Part shown: piece by piece, positions 22,429 to 32,579 of the stretch
How the letters are laid out: every line of letters begins with the position of its first letter
How positions within the stretch are numbered: position 1 is the first letter of the stretch
IMG/VR virus record: IMGVR_UViG_3300028127_000003
Length of the DNA: 64,000 bases
Source of the DNA: a virus
Direction: 5' to 3' (one strand)
The notes under the pieces: generated by a model
The model's database searches: none
What the model was told of the DNA's origin: nothing
Seen by the model: the letters and a program-made list of their open reading frames with translations, nothing else
Program-made: the position numbers and the translations under genes

Positions 22429-22782
22429 TTATACGTAAACTCCAAGTTGATATCTATTATCAATTCTTATATCTACAAACACTGCATGTCTGTCAACTTC
22501 TTTTGTGAAATCAACATCAACAGTTACGTTAAATTTTCTAGCTAAAGGAACATATTTATAAATCTGTTCTGCAACTACTTTTTTTAATAAATAGTCATTA
22601 TAACTTAATGAATATACATAGTCTTCTAAATTAGCTCCGAATTCAGGATCACCTAAAACATCTCCTCTTCTCGTAAAAAGAACAGTTTCTATCTGCGTCA
22701 TCAACCTAGCTAATTCAGAACTAATTTCTAATTTGCTTGGATCGAATCCAGGATCTCCTTTTGCTTTTATATAAAACTCCAT
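22429..22782 (-). CDS. Baseplate wedge protein gp25-like (GPW/gp25 family)
   Basis: IETVLFTRRGDVLGDPEFGANLEDY...IYKYVP is the gp25 family pattern. Confidence 0.85.
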   Translation of the reverse strand: MEFYIKAKGDPGFDPSKLEISSELARLMTQIETVLFTRRGDVLGDPEFGANLEDYVYSLSYNDYLLKKVVAEQIYKYVPLARKFNVTVDVDFTKEVDRHAVFVDIRIDNRYQLGVYV

Positions 22783-22787
22783 TTAAC

Positions 22788-22795
22788 TATATATT
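22788..22795 (-). promoter_or_regulatory. Candidate late promoter RATATATA (leaderless spacing)
   Basis: AATATATA 5 nt before ATG 22782. Confidence 0.52.
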
Positions 22796-22798
22796 CTA

Positions 22799-23632
22799 TT
22801 AAGAATGCATCATCCAATCGGTGCCTTCATCTGTTTTTATTTCTTCAATCACTGCTTCCAGTTCTCCTTCACCTAAACCCTGAATTGCGTCTGCATTGAC
22901 TTCAATATTTCCAGGTAAAGCAAAACCAAATATACTTAACTTTTGTCCTAATGAAATTTTAATCTTTGCAGCACAATATCTAAAGAATGCTTCATCTTCA
23001 AATAATGCACACTCTGGAATTGTTTCATATACTTCTAATATAATATCTCTGTTAGGGGTTTCTCCAGTAAATTTAATCTCATGTGTTAGTTGGTTATAGT
23101 GATAGCCAATGGGGTTTTCTAGAATTTGTCTAGCCATATCAAAGAAACTTTCATTAACCACATAATATTGAAGGTTCTCTGCGGCATCTACTACACCATC
23201 TCCACTGAACATTCCAGTATACATCATTCTTTCGATAGCAAAATCACCTTGTGAAAATCTAATATCTGTTCCACCTGCATACTTTGATCCAGTTTCAAAA
23301 CATCCATATACTGAATAAACTTCTCCACCACCTGTAACTGGATCCATCTTTGGAAGAGTAAAGCATCTTCTAGATTTAAAAAGATTAGACTTAAAAAGTT
23401 CTTTAGGTAAAACCATAAAGTTTTCTTTCATCGAATACTCGTAATTTTTATAGAACCATTTCTTTGCTCTCTTGACAATATTCTCTACTTCTGATTTTGG
23501 AAGATTCATAGGAATCATACAAGACCCTGTTACTTCCGATGCCAACTCATTTACAAAGTCGTTAAAGCATTTATTATCATCCCATGTAGGTTTATCTAAG
23601 TGGCTATTATTACCTATTATATTATCACTCAT
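22799..23632 (-). CDS. Neck/head-tail adaptor protein (T4 gp13-like)
   Basis: C-terminal FFRYCAAKIKISLGQKLSIFGFALPGNIEVNADAI...ELE matches the gp13 W/Y..A..K...G..L.K...LPGG...N motif. Confidence 0.7.
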   Translation of the reverse strand: MSDNIIGNNSHLDKPTWDDNKCFNDFVNELASEVTGSCMIPMNLPKSEVENIVKRAKKWFYKNYEYSMKENFMVLPKELFKSNLFKSRRCFTLPKMDPVTGGGEVYSVYGCFETGSKYAGGTDIRFSQGDFAIERMMYTGMFSGDGVVDAAENLQYYVVNESFFDMARQILENPIGYHYNQLTHEIKFTGETPNRDIILEVYETIPECALFEDEAFFRYCAAKIKISLGQKLSIFGFALPGNIEVNADAIQGLGEGELEAVIEEIKTDEGTDWMMHS

Positions 23633-23648
23633 TTTGTTTTAGTTATTT

Positions 23649-24944
23649 TTAAACTTCCGTATAAAGTATTTTTTCAGTGTTGTCAAACTTTGCAGTTCTT
23701 TTATCGTATTTACCGTCTCTAAATATACCTCCTTGCATCGTCCCTTTCATTATTCCATTTCCGTATATGTAACAGTCTTTTAATACACAAGACTGGTGAA
23801 CGTATGAACTTTCTAATTTAGATGAATTAACCTGTGTAGATTGATAGAAATTACACGTATGTATGTCAGATCCATTTATGTCACATCCGAAGAAATCACA
23901 ATTTGTGAATTCTCCTCTCAAAGAACATCTTACAAATTCATATCCTTCTAATTCTACACAATATGATAAGTTACCATGATCAACTTGAATTACACCATTG
24001 TCGGCATCATAGTTAATATGCCCTTTTGTTAATTCACCATGTGTAAATAATCTAAGAACTCTTTCTCTAATATTAGGCCAGTGTAAATCTATTATCTTTT
24101 CATTGTCATTTAAATCAACCGTTAATTTAACATCTTGATTCCAACCTGTATTAATGGTTTTCCAATCTTTTCTAGCCTTTATAACTCTTTCATTCTTAGC
24201 AAGAATTTTTCTAAGCTCTATTGAATTAAGATTGTTAAATTGAACATTACCCGTGCTATTCCATAGTTGAGTTATAAAAAGATCTAGCATTTGTAGAATC
24301 TTAGAAGTTTTCTTTTCCCAATCTTTTCCACCGAGATATCTAAATTCTAAATAATTCTTATGTCTTTTTTCAAAGTTAATTCCGTAATATTTAGAATCAG
24401 GATATATGAAATTACTAGGAGTAATATTTAATCCATCATAGAAATAAGTATCTGACTTAGGTAAAACGAATTTAATTGATTTTGCGTATGCAGAATCTTT
24501 TCTTTCAGGAAAAAACTTAAAGACTTGACTTTCTTTAAAATCTAAAATAAATTTAAGAACATTCATCTTAGATATTCTATGTTTATTTTCTATTTTATCT
24601 GTATCGAAAGAAAGGTTTAAGTGAATAGAACTTCTATCATTCGTATATCCATTTTCTTCTATCCATTTACATACTTTAATAATCATCATCCTTGCAGCAT
24701 AATACGGCTGTGCGCCTGTTACGAGTTCCATTAGTTTTTCACCACCTGACATATCAGGTTCAATTTTAAACTCATCTCTTGTAACTTCAAAATCACTATG
24801 CGCCTTTGCTTCTACTCTAATCTTTTTACCTAAAAGACCCGCTAACTCTTTAGCAGTCGTATCGATATCCTTGTTAGAATAAAATTCAAATTCAACACCT
24901 ACCAGTGCATTCTTTAATATGTCTGAATTATTAATATTATTCAT
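23649..24944 (-). CDS. Putative amidoligase (COOH-NH2 ligase type 2) with C-terminal beta-helix-like repeats
   Basis: GVEFEF, EPDMSGG..MELVT, SSIHLNLS, KYYGINF, LEFRYLGG; C-terminal repeats such as CSLRGEFTNCDFFGCDING. Confidence 0.7.
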   Translation of the reverse strand: MNNINNSDILKNALVGVEFEFYSNKDIDTTAKELAGLLGKKIRVEAKAHSDFEVTRDEFKIEPDMSGGEKLMELVTGAQPYYAARMMIIKVCKWIEENGYTNDRSSIHLNLSFDTDKIENKHRISKMNVLKFILDFKESQVFKFFPERKDSAYAKSIKFVLPKSDTYFYDGLNITPSNFIYPDSKYYGINFEKRHKNYLEFRYLGGKDWEKKTSKILQMLDLFITQLWNSTGNVQFNNLNSIELRKILAKNERVIKARKDWKTINTGWNQDVKLTVDLNDNEKIIDLHWPNIRERVLRLFTHGELTKGHINYDADNGVIQVDHGNLSYCVELEGYEFVRCSLRGEFTNCDFFGCDINGSDIHTCNFYQSTQVNSSKLESSYVHQSCVLKDCYIYGNGIMKGTMQGGIFRDGKYDKRTAKFDNTEKILYTEV

Positions 24945-24972
24945 TTACGTAATTATATAACTTAAGTTGGTT

Positions 24973-24980
24973 TATATATC
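24973..24980 (-). promoter_or_regulatory. Candidate late promoter RATATATA
   Basis: GATATATA 28 nt before ATG 24944, just after a terminator. Confidence 0.6.
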
Positions 24981-25003
24981 TCTGTTAGATACACTATAAC
25001 GTG

Positions 25004-25029
25004 AAAAAGCCCGAGTGATCGGGCTCTTT
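25004..25029 (-). terminator. Intrinsic terminator after bS1
   Basis: GAGCCCGA-TCAC-TCGGGCTT followed by a T-run. Confidence 0.8.
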
Positions 25030-25049
25030 CAACTAAATTATAGATTTGA

Positions 25050-26378
25050 TTATAGTTTAAGGAATACTTTTCTAGTGTCTTCTTCAACTCTGATCACTTG
25101 AACAGTAATATCTGCACCTTTTGATATGTCTTTAATATCTATGTTTTCAGGGAATTCAGATACATGTAAGAGTCCTACTACACCTTCTTCTATTTCTACA
25201 AATAAACCATAGTCTTTAGTAGATTTTACCTTTCCTACCACTTCAGTTTTCTTAGTATATCTTGAAGAAATACCTTCCCATGGATCTACTTTCTTTTCAG
25301 CAGGAGAACCTTGAACAAGTGTAATTTTTCTTTCATTAATAACTTCTTTAACATAGAATTTAATCTCTGTTCCTGGCTCTAAAGATCTATCTCTATGTGC
25401 CTTTGAAGTTTCAGTATCTAAGTCGTTAACGTGAATCATACCAGTTAAACATCCTTCAAACTCAACGAATACGCCGTATTTTGCAGAACCAGTAACGTGA
25501 CCTGTTCTTTCAACTGTAATATCTTCTTGTATTGTTTTGAGTGTATTAGGAATAAGAGCTCTTAAATATGCTCTATGTGAAACTACCACAGTTCCTTTTT
25601 CTTCCGAATAACTTACAGGTACTACATACATTTCCGTGTCGATGATTGATTCAAAGTCATGCAATTTATTTACACCAGCTAAAGAACCTGGCATAAAGCA
25701 ATCAATTCCTTGAACTTGAACAATATATCCTCCACCTGGAATCATTTTAGAAACAATACCACTATATGCTGTATTTCCATCGTCAATAGATGCTACGATT
25801 TCTTTAATAACTTTAGTCTTAAGACCTTCAGTCACAGAACCTATCATATATTTCTTGACATTCATTGAAGTATCGGCGATCAATTGAACATCGACTTCAA
25901 CTCCTTGTTTTAGAAGTTCTCTTACTTCTGTAGTTTCTCTTGATAAATCTACATAGATTAATTCTCTATATCCTACATCAATTGATGCCCATTCGGAATC
26001 AACTGCATACACCTTTCCAGTATAGCTAGCTCCTAATTGTAAAGAATATAAAGTATTTGAAGTTAGTGAATGACCTTCCATTAGGTCAAATAGTTCTTGG
26101 GCGTATGATTCTCTGCTATATACCTTTACACCTTTAGGTGTTTTAATATGTGGATTGGGTTTCCTAAGCTTAGTTACACATGTTGCCTCATATTGGTCCC
26201 ACATGAATTCTCCGTTTTCATCCATATAATTTGTATCTGGACCGGGAGTTGGTTTTTCCGGGGTTGCGGCGTTTAATGAAGTTTCTACTTTAACTTCTGT
26301 TTCTTGGTTAGCTTCTGTAAGCTGTGTAGTTGTCGAGAGTCTTGGTCTCTTTTGTTTTTGAGTTGTCTTTGTTGACAT
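25050..26378 (-). CDS. rpsA: Ribosomal protein bS1 homologue, 4 S1 domains
   Basis: Four OB/S1 repeats: YTGKVYAVD, GGGYIVQVQGIDCFMPGS...VVVSHRA, GHVTGSAKYGVFVEF..GMIHVNDL, GKVKSTKDYGLFVEI..GLLHVSE. Confidence 0.85.
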   Translation of the reverse strand: MSTKTTQKQKRPRLSTTTQLTEANQETEVKVETSLNAATPEKPTPGPDTNYMDENGEFMWDQYEATCVTKLRKPNPHIKTPKGVKVYSRESYAQELFDLMEGHSLTSNTLYSLQLGASYTGKVYAVDSEWASIDVGYRELIYVDLSRETTEVRELLKQGVEVDVQLIADTSMNVKKYMIGSVTEGLKTKVIKEIVASIDDGNTAYSGIVSKMIPGGGYIVQVQGIDCFMPGSLAGVNKLHDFESIIDTEMYVVPVSYSEEKGTVVVSHRAYLRALIPNTLKTIQEDITVERTGHVTGSAKYGVFVEFEGCLTGMIHVNDLDTETSKAHRDRSLEPGTEIKFYVKEVINERKITLVQGSPAEKKVDPWEGISSRYTKKTEVVGKVKSTKDYGLFVEIEEGVVGLLHVSEFPENIDIKDISKGADITVQVIRVEEDTRKVFLKL

Positions 26379-26419
26379 TTACTTTGTTTTTTAAAAGGGT
26401 TAATGTATGTTTTACTAGT

Positions 26420-26427
26420 TATATATC
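26420..26427 (-). promoter_or_regulatory. Candidate late promoter RATATATA
   Basis: GATATATA 41 nt before the bS1 ATG 26378. Confidence 0.55.
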
Positions 26428-28144
26428 AAATTACGGTGGCGTCAAATCCTATCATTGGAACGTAAGGAACAGTAGGAACTGGTATACCACCCATATAAAT
26501 AAATTTCATTTCACTAAGATGCGTAAAATAAGAATATGCAAGTGCTTTAGCCACTGCATTGGCTGCACCTTCCCTATCTAATCCATAATCTTTACCTGAA
26601 TTAAGAGCTCTTCTTAAATTATCTGCTAATTTCCTTTGATTTCCGTAACTAACTCCTATGTATTTTCCGCCTAAAGGAGGAACAGATAAACATGGTGGTG
26701 TCGGGGGATCAGTTGCAAATGGCTGTATTGTTGCATCTTTCCAATATTTAAGAGTTGCCTTTGCAAGTTCTTTATATGGATCATCTTTACTTCCACCTTC
26801 TGCTAACATTGCAGCTTCAATTCCCATTTCTACTATTAAAGTATTTCTAATTTGCTTAGCTAAAGTTCCCGTTTTAGACATATCTATATTCACAATAGAA
26901 TCCTGTGTTTCGTCGTTTTCAGTAAGAGGACATCCTTGCCATTTTTTTCTTAATTCATCTTCTAGAAAAACGGGTTTAACTTTATTTTTTTTAAAACCAT
27001 AGTCTTGTTTACCGTTCCATGTAAATTCTGTAATAACATACTGAGTTAATGCAGGTGGCATTTTATTATTTTCATCAAAAGGCTCCTGTATTTTTAAATT
27101 AGTTAATTTAAATGGATATCTTACTTTTAATTTTTCGGCAGGTTCCATTTCTTCATATCCTACGGGTAATGTAGTATCAAAGGGCCATGGATATTTAATA
27201 GCTTGTATAGAATCTTTCTTTAATGCGGTTTCCTCACTGTATAAAAACTTTCCATCGCTATCTACAGTTGGATGGCACTTCTTTATTTCATCAATTACAT
27301 ATTTAGAAACTAGTAGATGAAATTCACCATCATAATTTCTATTATTATTATTTATTGAAACACCCGAGGAAGATTTAAATGATTGCCAACCCCAGTCTAA
27401 TCCCTTTAGTGTAGATATGGCTGCCTTCCTGTTATTGTTCATCTGCTGAATGTCTTGATTACTAAATCCTGAACCGCCAACCCCAGCTGTGGAATTGCTT
27501 CTAATTTCATTAGTTCCCATCCAAGTCGCCCAGTGCCAAAAATCCCATCTTTTATCTCCGTCAGAAATATCCTCAAATTGCATTAATAATCTTGTTGCAA
27601 ATATTCTAGCTAATTCATCGCCGGTTTCTTTACCATCTAAGCGATGAAACTCGAAGAATTTAAATCTATATAGGTTTTCTGCTTCGTCATCCTTAAACTC
27701 TTCCAGATACTTGTCAAGCTCTTCAGTTGGCTCGTATTGTATACCTCCTGAAATTTCACCTTCTAGTTTATTATATTCAGGATCATTGTCTTTTCCTGCA
27801 ATACTTAACCTGGAAGCTGCGCCAGCTGCACTCGCCAACCATGTTGCAATTCCTATTTTCTTTTCTTCGGTGTCTGGTGTTTCCATGACAGGTTCTCCTT
27901 TTTCAAAAAGGTCAGTGAACCAATGTTCATAGCTTGCTATGAATGCACTCTCCCCGGGTGATGATTCATGAGGTGCCATTCCTGGAATACACGTTGCATT
28001 AGGACCAGAACCTTTTTTAACATCAATCGTATATTGTGTGGCTAATAATTTACCGAATTCTGCGGCACTAGTCGGTGGGGCAGTAGGTGCGCTTAAAAGA
28101 AATCCTTCTACTTCACTAATAAAATTAGTCCAATCTGCAGCCAT
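26426..28144 (-). CDS. Hypothetical protein immediately downstream of the gp5-like spike
   Basis: 572-aa ORF coupled to the spike gene; Pro-rich termini; no recognised family. Confidence 0.55.
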   Translation of the reverse strand: MAADWTNFISEVEGFLLSAPTAPPTSAAEFGKLLATQYTIDVKKGSGPNATCIPGMAPHESSPGESAFIASYEHWFTDLFEKGEPVMETPDTEEKKIGIATWLASAAGAASRLSIAGKDNDPEYNKLEGEISGGIQYEPTEELDKYLEEFKDDEAENLYRFKFFEFHRLDGKETGDELARIFATRLLMQFEDISDGDKRWDFWHWATWMGTNEIRSNSTAGVGGSGFSNQDIQQMNNNRKAAISTLKGLDWGWQSFKSSSGVSINNNNRNYDGEFHLLVSKYVIDEIKKCHPTVDSDGKFLYSEETALKKDSIQAIKYPWPFDTTLPVGYEEMEPAEKLKVRYPFKLTNLKIQEPFDENNKMPPALTQYVITEFTWNGKQDYGFKKNKVKPVFLEDELRKKWQGCPLTENDETQDSIVNIDMSKTGTLAKQIRNTLIVEMGIEAAMLAEGGSKDDPYKELAKATLKYWKDATIQPFATDPPTPPCLSVPPLGGKYIGVSYGNQRKLADNLRRALNSGKDYGLDREGAANAVAKALAYSYFTHLSEMKFIYMGGIPVPTVPYVPMIGFDATVI

Positions 28145-28146
28145 TC

Positions 28147-28872
28147 TTATTTATTTTCTTGTTGATAATCAGGGTGTTTACTTTTCAAAGATGCAACACC
28201 CGATGGGGTAGGAGGTAATGAAACCGCAGTTCCTGATGGACCAACTCCGGTTGGATGTATATGGTTTTCAAAAAGAGTTAAATACTCGTCTAACCATGCT
28301 TCTAGTGATTTACCCCTTACAGCGGGTTCTGAAGTATCTTCTCCACTTTCACCTGTATTACTTAAATATACGTCTCCTGAATCTATGAATATTCTATCGT
28401 CCGTAGAAATTTTAATATCACCTACTTCGTCGATTTGAATTATAGGTCTTTCTTTTGCGCCAAATCCTCTGGTAATTACAAGACCATCTTCTTCTGAGTG
28501 ATAAATTCTTACGTTTCTTTCAGCATCATACACTAAACTGATTACATTTTCAGCATTGCCTGCACCATCTAAAATATCTTCTTTAAGAAAAAGATTCTGC
28601 TCTATTTGAAACCAATATTCAGGATGATATAAATTTCCATTATCAAATCTAGCTGAAACTATATCCCCTATTCTTGGAACATGATGTGAACCTACTGCAT
28701 TTCTATTCATAGGAGTTGCCCATGGAATAGCATCATCCGGTAAATTATCATATTTACCCAGGACCTTAACCTTACATCTACCTAGTTTAAGAGGATCGAC
28801 ATTATCGATAACTTCTCCTAACCAATGAGTGTCTCTAAGATTATCAGTATTTAATTCTTTTTCTGTTGACAT
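28147..28872 (-). CDS. Baseplate hub/central spike (gp5/VgrG-like OB fold with short beta-spike)
   Basis: WLGEVIDNVDPLKLGRCKVKV...PWA...VPRIGDIV...F.NG...P; C-terminal HIH metal-binding tip motif. Confidence 0.85.
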   Translation of the reverse strand: MSTEKELNTDNLRDTHWLGEVIDNVDPLKLGRCKVKVLGKYDNLPDDAIPWATPMNRNAVGSHHVPRIGDIVSARFDNGNLYHPEYWFQIEQNLFLKEDILDGAGNAENVISLVYDAERNVRIYHSEEDGLVITRGFGAKERPIIQIDEVGDIKISTDDRIFIDSGDVYLSNTGESGEDTSEPAVRGKSLEAWLDEYLTLFENHIHPTGVGPSGTAVSLPPTPSGVASLKSKHPDYQQENK

Positions 28873-28875
28873 ATA

Positions 28876-30132
28876 TTAATCGTTTATATTACCAAGGGAT
28901 TGGGCTGCTGCATCGTTTAGTGCAGCTCCTACTGTCGCACTAGTATCTACATTAAATACATTCTCTGCGATGTTAGAACCAATATTATCTACTCCATCAG
29001 AAACACCTCGTAAGGCGTCTTGATATATGTTTTCAAAATTAGGAACTCTACCTCTAATACCGTCCCTTGCACCTTGAACTAATTCATCTTTCTTTTCTCT
29101 TGCTAATCTGTTCAGGTCGTTTAAACCTCTTTCTCCTATTTCTTTAAGTTTAGCTAGCGCCTTATCTTTTAAAAGACCTAATATCCCATCAGCTTCATAA
29201 TTTTCAGAATCATGTGCTGGGGATAATGCGTTAGGTATAGTATCAGAAACAATTCCATTTAATACTCTTGCATCCATACTATCTACAACTTCATATTGCA
29301 TTTCAATAGTTTGTCTAGCCTGTTCGCCTGGATTTTTAGTAAGATCTCCAAATATTTCAGAACCTGTGTTTAAGGCAAATTCACATTCACCGAATCTAAA
29401 CATAAAGAAGGGTCTATTGTCAGATCCTGATATACCTTTGTTTGAATTATCAACTCCTAGGCTTGGTTTCATATTTCCAGGAAAACCCTTAATAGCAGCC
29501 AAGTCTATCTTTTTAGGAACCCCTGATAATGTAATTTTAGACATGTTTTGGATCTTTCTAACCTCAGTAACATATACTATCATTGAAAACTTTCTTAAAT
29601 TTTCAGGTAAAATCCAATTCCATTTAACTTCGTCAAACACTGCTTTTCTATAAAGGTGCATAAGACCAGAAACTCTAAGGTTAATAGATTCTAAACAGCT
29701 TAGTGTTAACTTAGCATCATCGCCTCCGTAATATGGAGTAGTAGGATTAAAATTTGTAATTGCTCTATCAACACCCTGTAATCCTTGGAAAAACCACGGT
29801 GTATTTCTATTTATGTCTAGTAATGCCTTTTTAAATTTAACTAGAGCATCTAATCTTTCTTCATAGAATTTAGTTGATCCCGCAGAAGCACTTGAACTAA
29901 GTGCAGATAATCTATTAGTGTCTTTGCTACTTTTTTTAGCTGACTCCGGCGGCTTTTTTGTAGCTCCTAATTGATTAACGTAGAATTCTTCGGCCGCTCC
30001 AGATAATAGAGGCGAATTAGTATGATCGCTTACGTTAAATAATATAACAAACGATAAAAAAGTCGGATCCTGATATGGCGACTGTGCTAATTTACCTTTT
30101 TGAAAATCTAATTTACTTTTAAAATCTGACAT
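28876..30132 (-). CDS. Hypothetical baseplate/tail-tube-associated protein
   Basis: Long ORF between spike and hub-like genes; no certain motif. Confidence 0.5.
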   Translation of the reverse strand: MSDFKSKLDFQKGKLAQSPYQDPTFLSFVILFNVSDHTNSPLLSGAAEEFYVNQLGATKKPPESAKKSSKDTNRLSALSSSASAGSTKFYEERLDALVKFKKALLDINRNTPWFFQGLQGVDRAITNFNPTTPYYGGDDAKLTLSCLESINLRVSGLMHLYRKAVFDEVKWNWILPENLRKFSMIVYVTEVRKIQNMSKITLSGVPKKIDLAAIKGFPGNMKPSLGVDNSNKGISGSDNRPFFMFRFGECEFALNTGSEIFGDLTKNPGEQARQTIEMQYEVVDSMDARVLNGIVSDTIPNALSPAHDSENYEADGILGLLKDKALAKLKEIGERGLNDLNRLAREKKDELVQGARDGIRGRVPNFENIYQDALRGVSDGVDNIGSNIAENVFNVDTSATVGAALNDAAAQSLGNIND

Positions 30133-30136
30133 ATAG

Positions 30137-30144
30137 TATATATT
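30137..30144 (-). promoter_or_regulatory. Candidate late promoter RATATATA (leaderless spacing)
   Basis: AATATATA 4 nt before ATG 30132. Confidence 0.52.
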
Positions 30145-30163
30145 ATTATTTGATAGGGTTTAA

Positions 30164-31642
30164 TTATCCTTTAACGTTATTTAATCTACTCGGCCATTCT
30201 CTTCTTAATAGAGTAAGTTTTTGAATAATTCCAGTAGACTCCTTATATATGTATTTAATTCCACCTATTACATAATAACCTGTTAAAAATTCATCTTTAA
30301 CCTGATCTGCGTTTAAATCATTTACGCTTTCAACTTCTTCTTCATTTTCTGTTTCAAATCCCTTTTCATCTTTATCGCCACCTATACCCTGCTGTGCAGT
30401 CATTTGTGTAAACCCACTTTTTAATATTTGAATAGGTATTTTTTGCCACAAATGAATTCCAGGATTAAATGTCTTTAAGGTTATTTCTAACTGCATTTTA
30501 TTCATTTCATCTAAATTCTGTTGATTGCTTAATGCGGCAAATGAATAGTTAAGATGTACATTTGGCATATCATCTGATTGAATAGGGAGCCTTCCCATGT
30601 ATTTTGATTTTACCTCTTTAGTATATCTGTCTTCATCTCTTCTTCCCTTTAGCGGCTCCTCAATGTCCTTCATACTATCACTAGCGAGTGGTTCTATTTC
30701 ATGAGCAACAACACCAACAGAGTCGTTCTCAAAATATATCATTTTTCTTTTATAGCCGTTCTTTTTAGAAAGTCCGCCTGAATTGTTAACTAAGTTATAG
30801 CTTTGTATGAATGAATTAGTAGAATTCATAGACGAAGCGTTAGTTAGCATGTTAGGTATTCCTATTGCGTTTGAAGTCTGTTCTTCTCCATCTTCATCGA
30901 AATCTATTTCAAAGTTAATAAGTGTTTCATCCATTCCATCTTCTGAATTTAAAAGAGCATTAATATCTACGAAACATATATTATAATAAGGATCGATACA
31001 ATATGTCTGAAAACTATCTTCACCGACATATGAATGTTCCACTAAATTATTTAAAAATTCTATATTAGGTTGACATGCATTAAGTGCTTTCATTGCGTCA
31101 TCCGATGAATCAATGTTAGTTGCTAATCCTAGTTTTAAATTATTAGCAAATTCTTCTATCTGTTCTCTAGATGTTCCTTCATACGAAGCACATCCTTCTG
31201 AATATAATGTAGGTACTTTCATCGTACCCTGTATAGAAAATTTAGTGCCACTAGTGGCTTTTTTCAAATCGCCAGTAGCAGGGCCTCCTATTTCATCTAT
31301 ATCAAAATCTATTCTAATATCTTTAAAAGTGTCTTGTTGTCTTGCTGCAATTCTAACTGAAACGACATCACCATCTCTTGGAATTTGATCCGCATCAAAG
31401 GTTCCTCTAGTGTCTATTATAGTTAGGGCTAATTTAGGAATTTTAGTACTACAATCAATTTCAAATCTCTTAACATCTTGTCCCGTAAATGAAGCTCCAT
31501 TAATAACTACCATTGGAATAGGACCTCCTATTTCATGGCTCATTTTCTGTCCACCCTCATCTTCACCATGTGCATCAAACTTTATTGTGTCTAATTCCAA
31601 TGAGTGTTCTATTACATTTAGAATGTGATTATCTATCGGCAT
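30164..31642 (-). CDS. Possible baseplate hub protein (gp27/gpD-like)
   Basis: Position near gp5 and gp53; C-terminal LEITLKTFNPGIHLWQKIPI...LTGYYVIGGIKYIY...QKLTLLRR resembles hub proteins. Confidence 0.5.
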   Translation of the reverse strand: MPIDNHILNVIEHSLELDTIKFDAHGEDEGGQKMSHEIGGPIPMVVINGASFTGQDVKRFEIDCSTKIPKLALTIIDTRGTFDADQIPRDGDVVSVRIAARQQDTFKDIRIDFDIDEIGGPATGDLKKATSGTKFSIQGTMKVPTLYSEGCASYEGTSREQIEEFANNLKLGLATNIDSSDDAMKALNACQPNIEFLNNLVEHSYVGEDSFQTYCIDPYYNICFVDINALLNSEDGMDETLINFEIDFDEDGEEQTSNAIGIPNMLTNASSMNSTNSFIQSYNLVNNSGGLSKKNGYKRKMIYFENDSVGVVAHEIEPLASDSMKDIEEPLKGRRDEDRYTKEVKSKYMGRLPIQSDDMPNVHLNYSFAALSNQQNLDEMNKMQLEITLKTFNPGIHLWQKIPIQILKSGFTQMTAQQGIGGDKDEKGFETENEEEVESVNDLNADQVKDEFLTGYYVIGGIKYIYKESTGIIQKLTLLRREWPSRLNNVKG

Positions 31643-31653
31643 TTATTTTAGTT

Positions 31654-32079
31654 TTAATATGTGGGTTTGTTAATGATCTTCTTTTTAACGAGGATATCTA
31701 CAAAATCTCTAAAGTCCATTCCTACCTTAGCTCCTTTAACGTCTTTATCACCTTCAACGAATACGCCACCATCAAAATAGTAACTCTTTCCATTATCGGC
31801 TGCTACTTTAATTAAAGTACCTAACATAACCTTTCCAGGAACTCTTACCTTAGAACCATGTAAAGCTTTTACGGAATCTTTGTTCCATTTGCTTAAATAC
31901 ATTTCTTCTCCAGTTGTACTTCCACCAGCTACCATTCCACCGGCTGCCGTTAATGCTTCACCTTCGGGTGTGTCTCTTTCAGCATAAAGAACTGCGATGA
32001 TTTCTTTTGCTAGATCTTGGTCTCTTCCGACCTTTAATCCCTCGTTAAGGAACTGTTCAAATAATTGTACGTGTTTCAT
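31654..32079 (-). CDS. Hypothetical protein with capsid-targeting-like N-terminus
   Basis: Starts MKHVQLFEQFLNE. Confidence 0.6.
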   Translation of the reverse strand: MKHVQLFEQFLNEGLKVGRDQDLAKEIIAVLYAERDTPEGEALTAAGGMVAGGSTTGEEMYLSKWNKDSVKALHGSKVRVPGKVMLGTLIKVAADNGKSYYFDGGVFVEGDKDVKGAKVGMDFRDFVDILVKKKIINKPTY

Positions 32080-32102
32080 AATTGTTTTTATTTATTTTAT
32101 TC

Positions 32103-32579
32103 TTAGATTTTAACTTGTCCGTTACTGACGTCGATATTTGTTTCGCCAGATCTTAAAATATTTGGAGGTAATATTTCTTTATTATATTTTTTAGATAGAT
32201 ACTCAATTCTATTAGCATCCTTAACTGGTAGTCTTTTTGTATTAATAAACTGTTCTCTAATAGGATTTTTATAAGTAGCATTAAGCATTAATTTCCATTT
32301 CTTCTTTCCAGAATCTTGATTAGGAATTAGTAATACATCACCTTCTTTGATAGAAAATGGATTTGAAATTCCATTAAATTTTAAAATATCATCAGTACGA
32401 TCATGTGTTCCGTATTCTGACAAAGATATTAGATCTATTCTACCCGTTTCGTCAGCTTCTACAATATGTATTGATTGTACTGCGCTTTCCGTCATGTCTA
32501 GAAAAACAAACGATGGAGAAGCCATTGTTAGTTTATCCTCAGATAATTTCTTATTATCTATACTATATAGTTTTATCAT
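32103..32579 (-). CDS. Baseplate wedge gp53 / LysM-tail X-like protein
   Basis: HIVEADETGRIDLISLSEYG...ILKFNGISNPFSIKEGDVLLIP. Confidence 0.75.
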   Translation of the reverse strand: MIKLYSIDNKKLSEDKLTMASPSFVFLDMTESAVQSIHIVEADETGRIDLISLSEYGTHDRTDDILKFNGISNPFSIKEGDVLLIPNQDSGKKKWKLMLNATYKNPIREQFINTKRLPVKDANRIEYLSKKYNKEILPPNILRSGETNIDVSNGQVKI

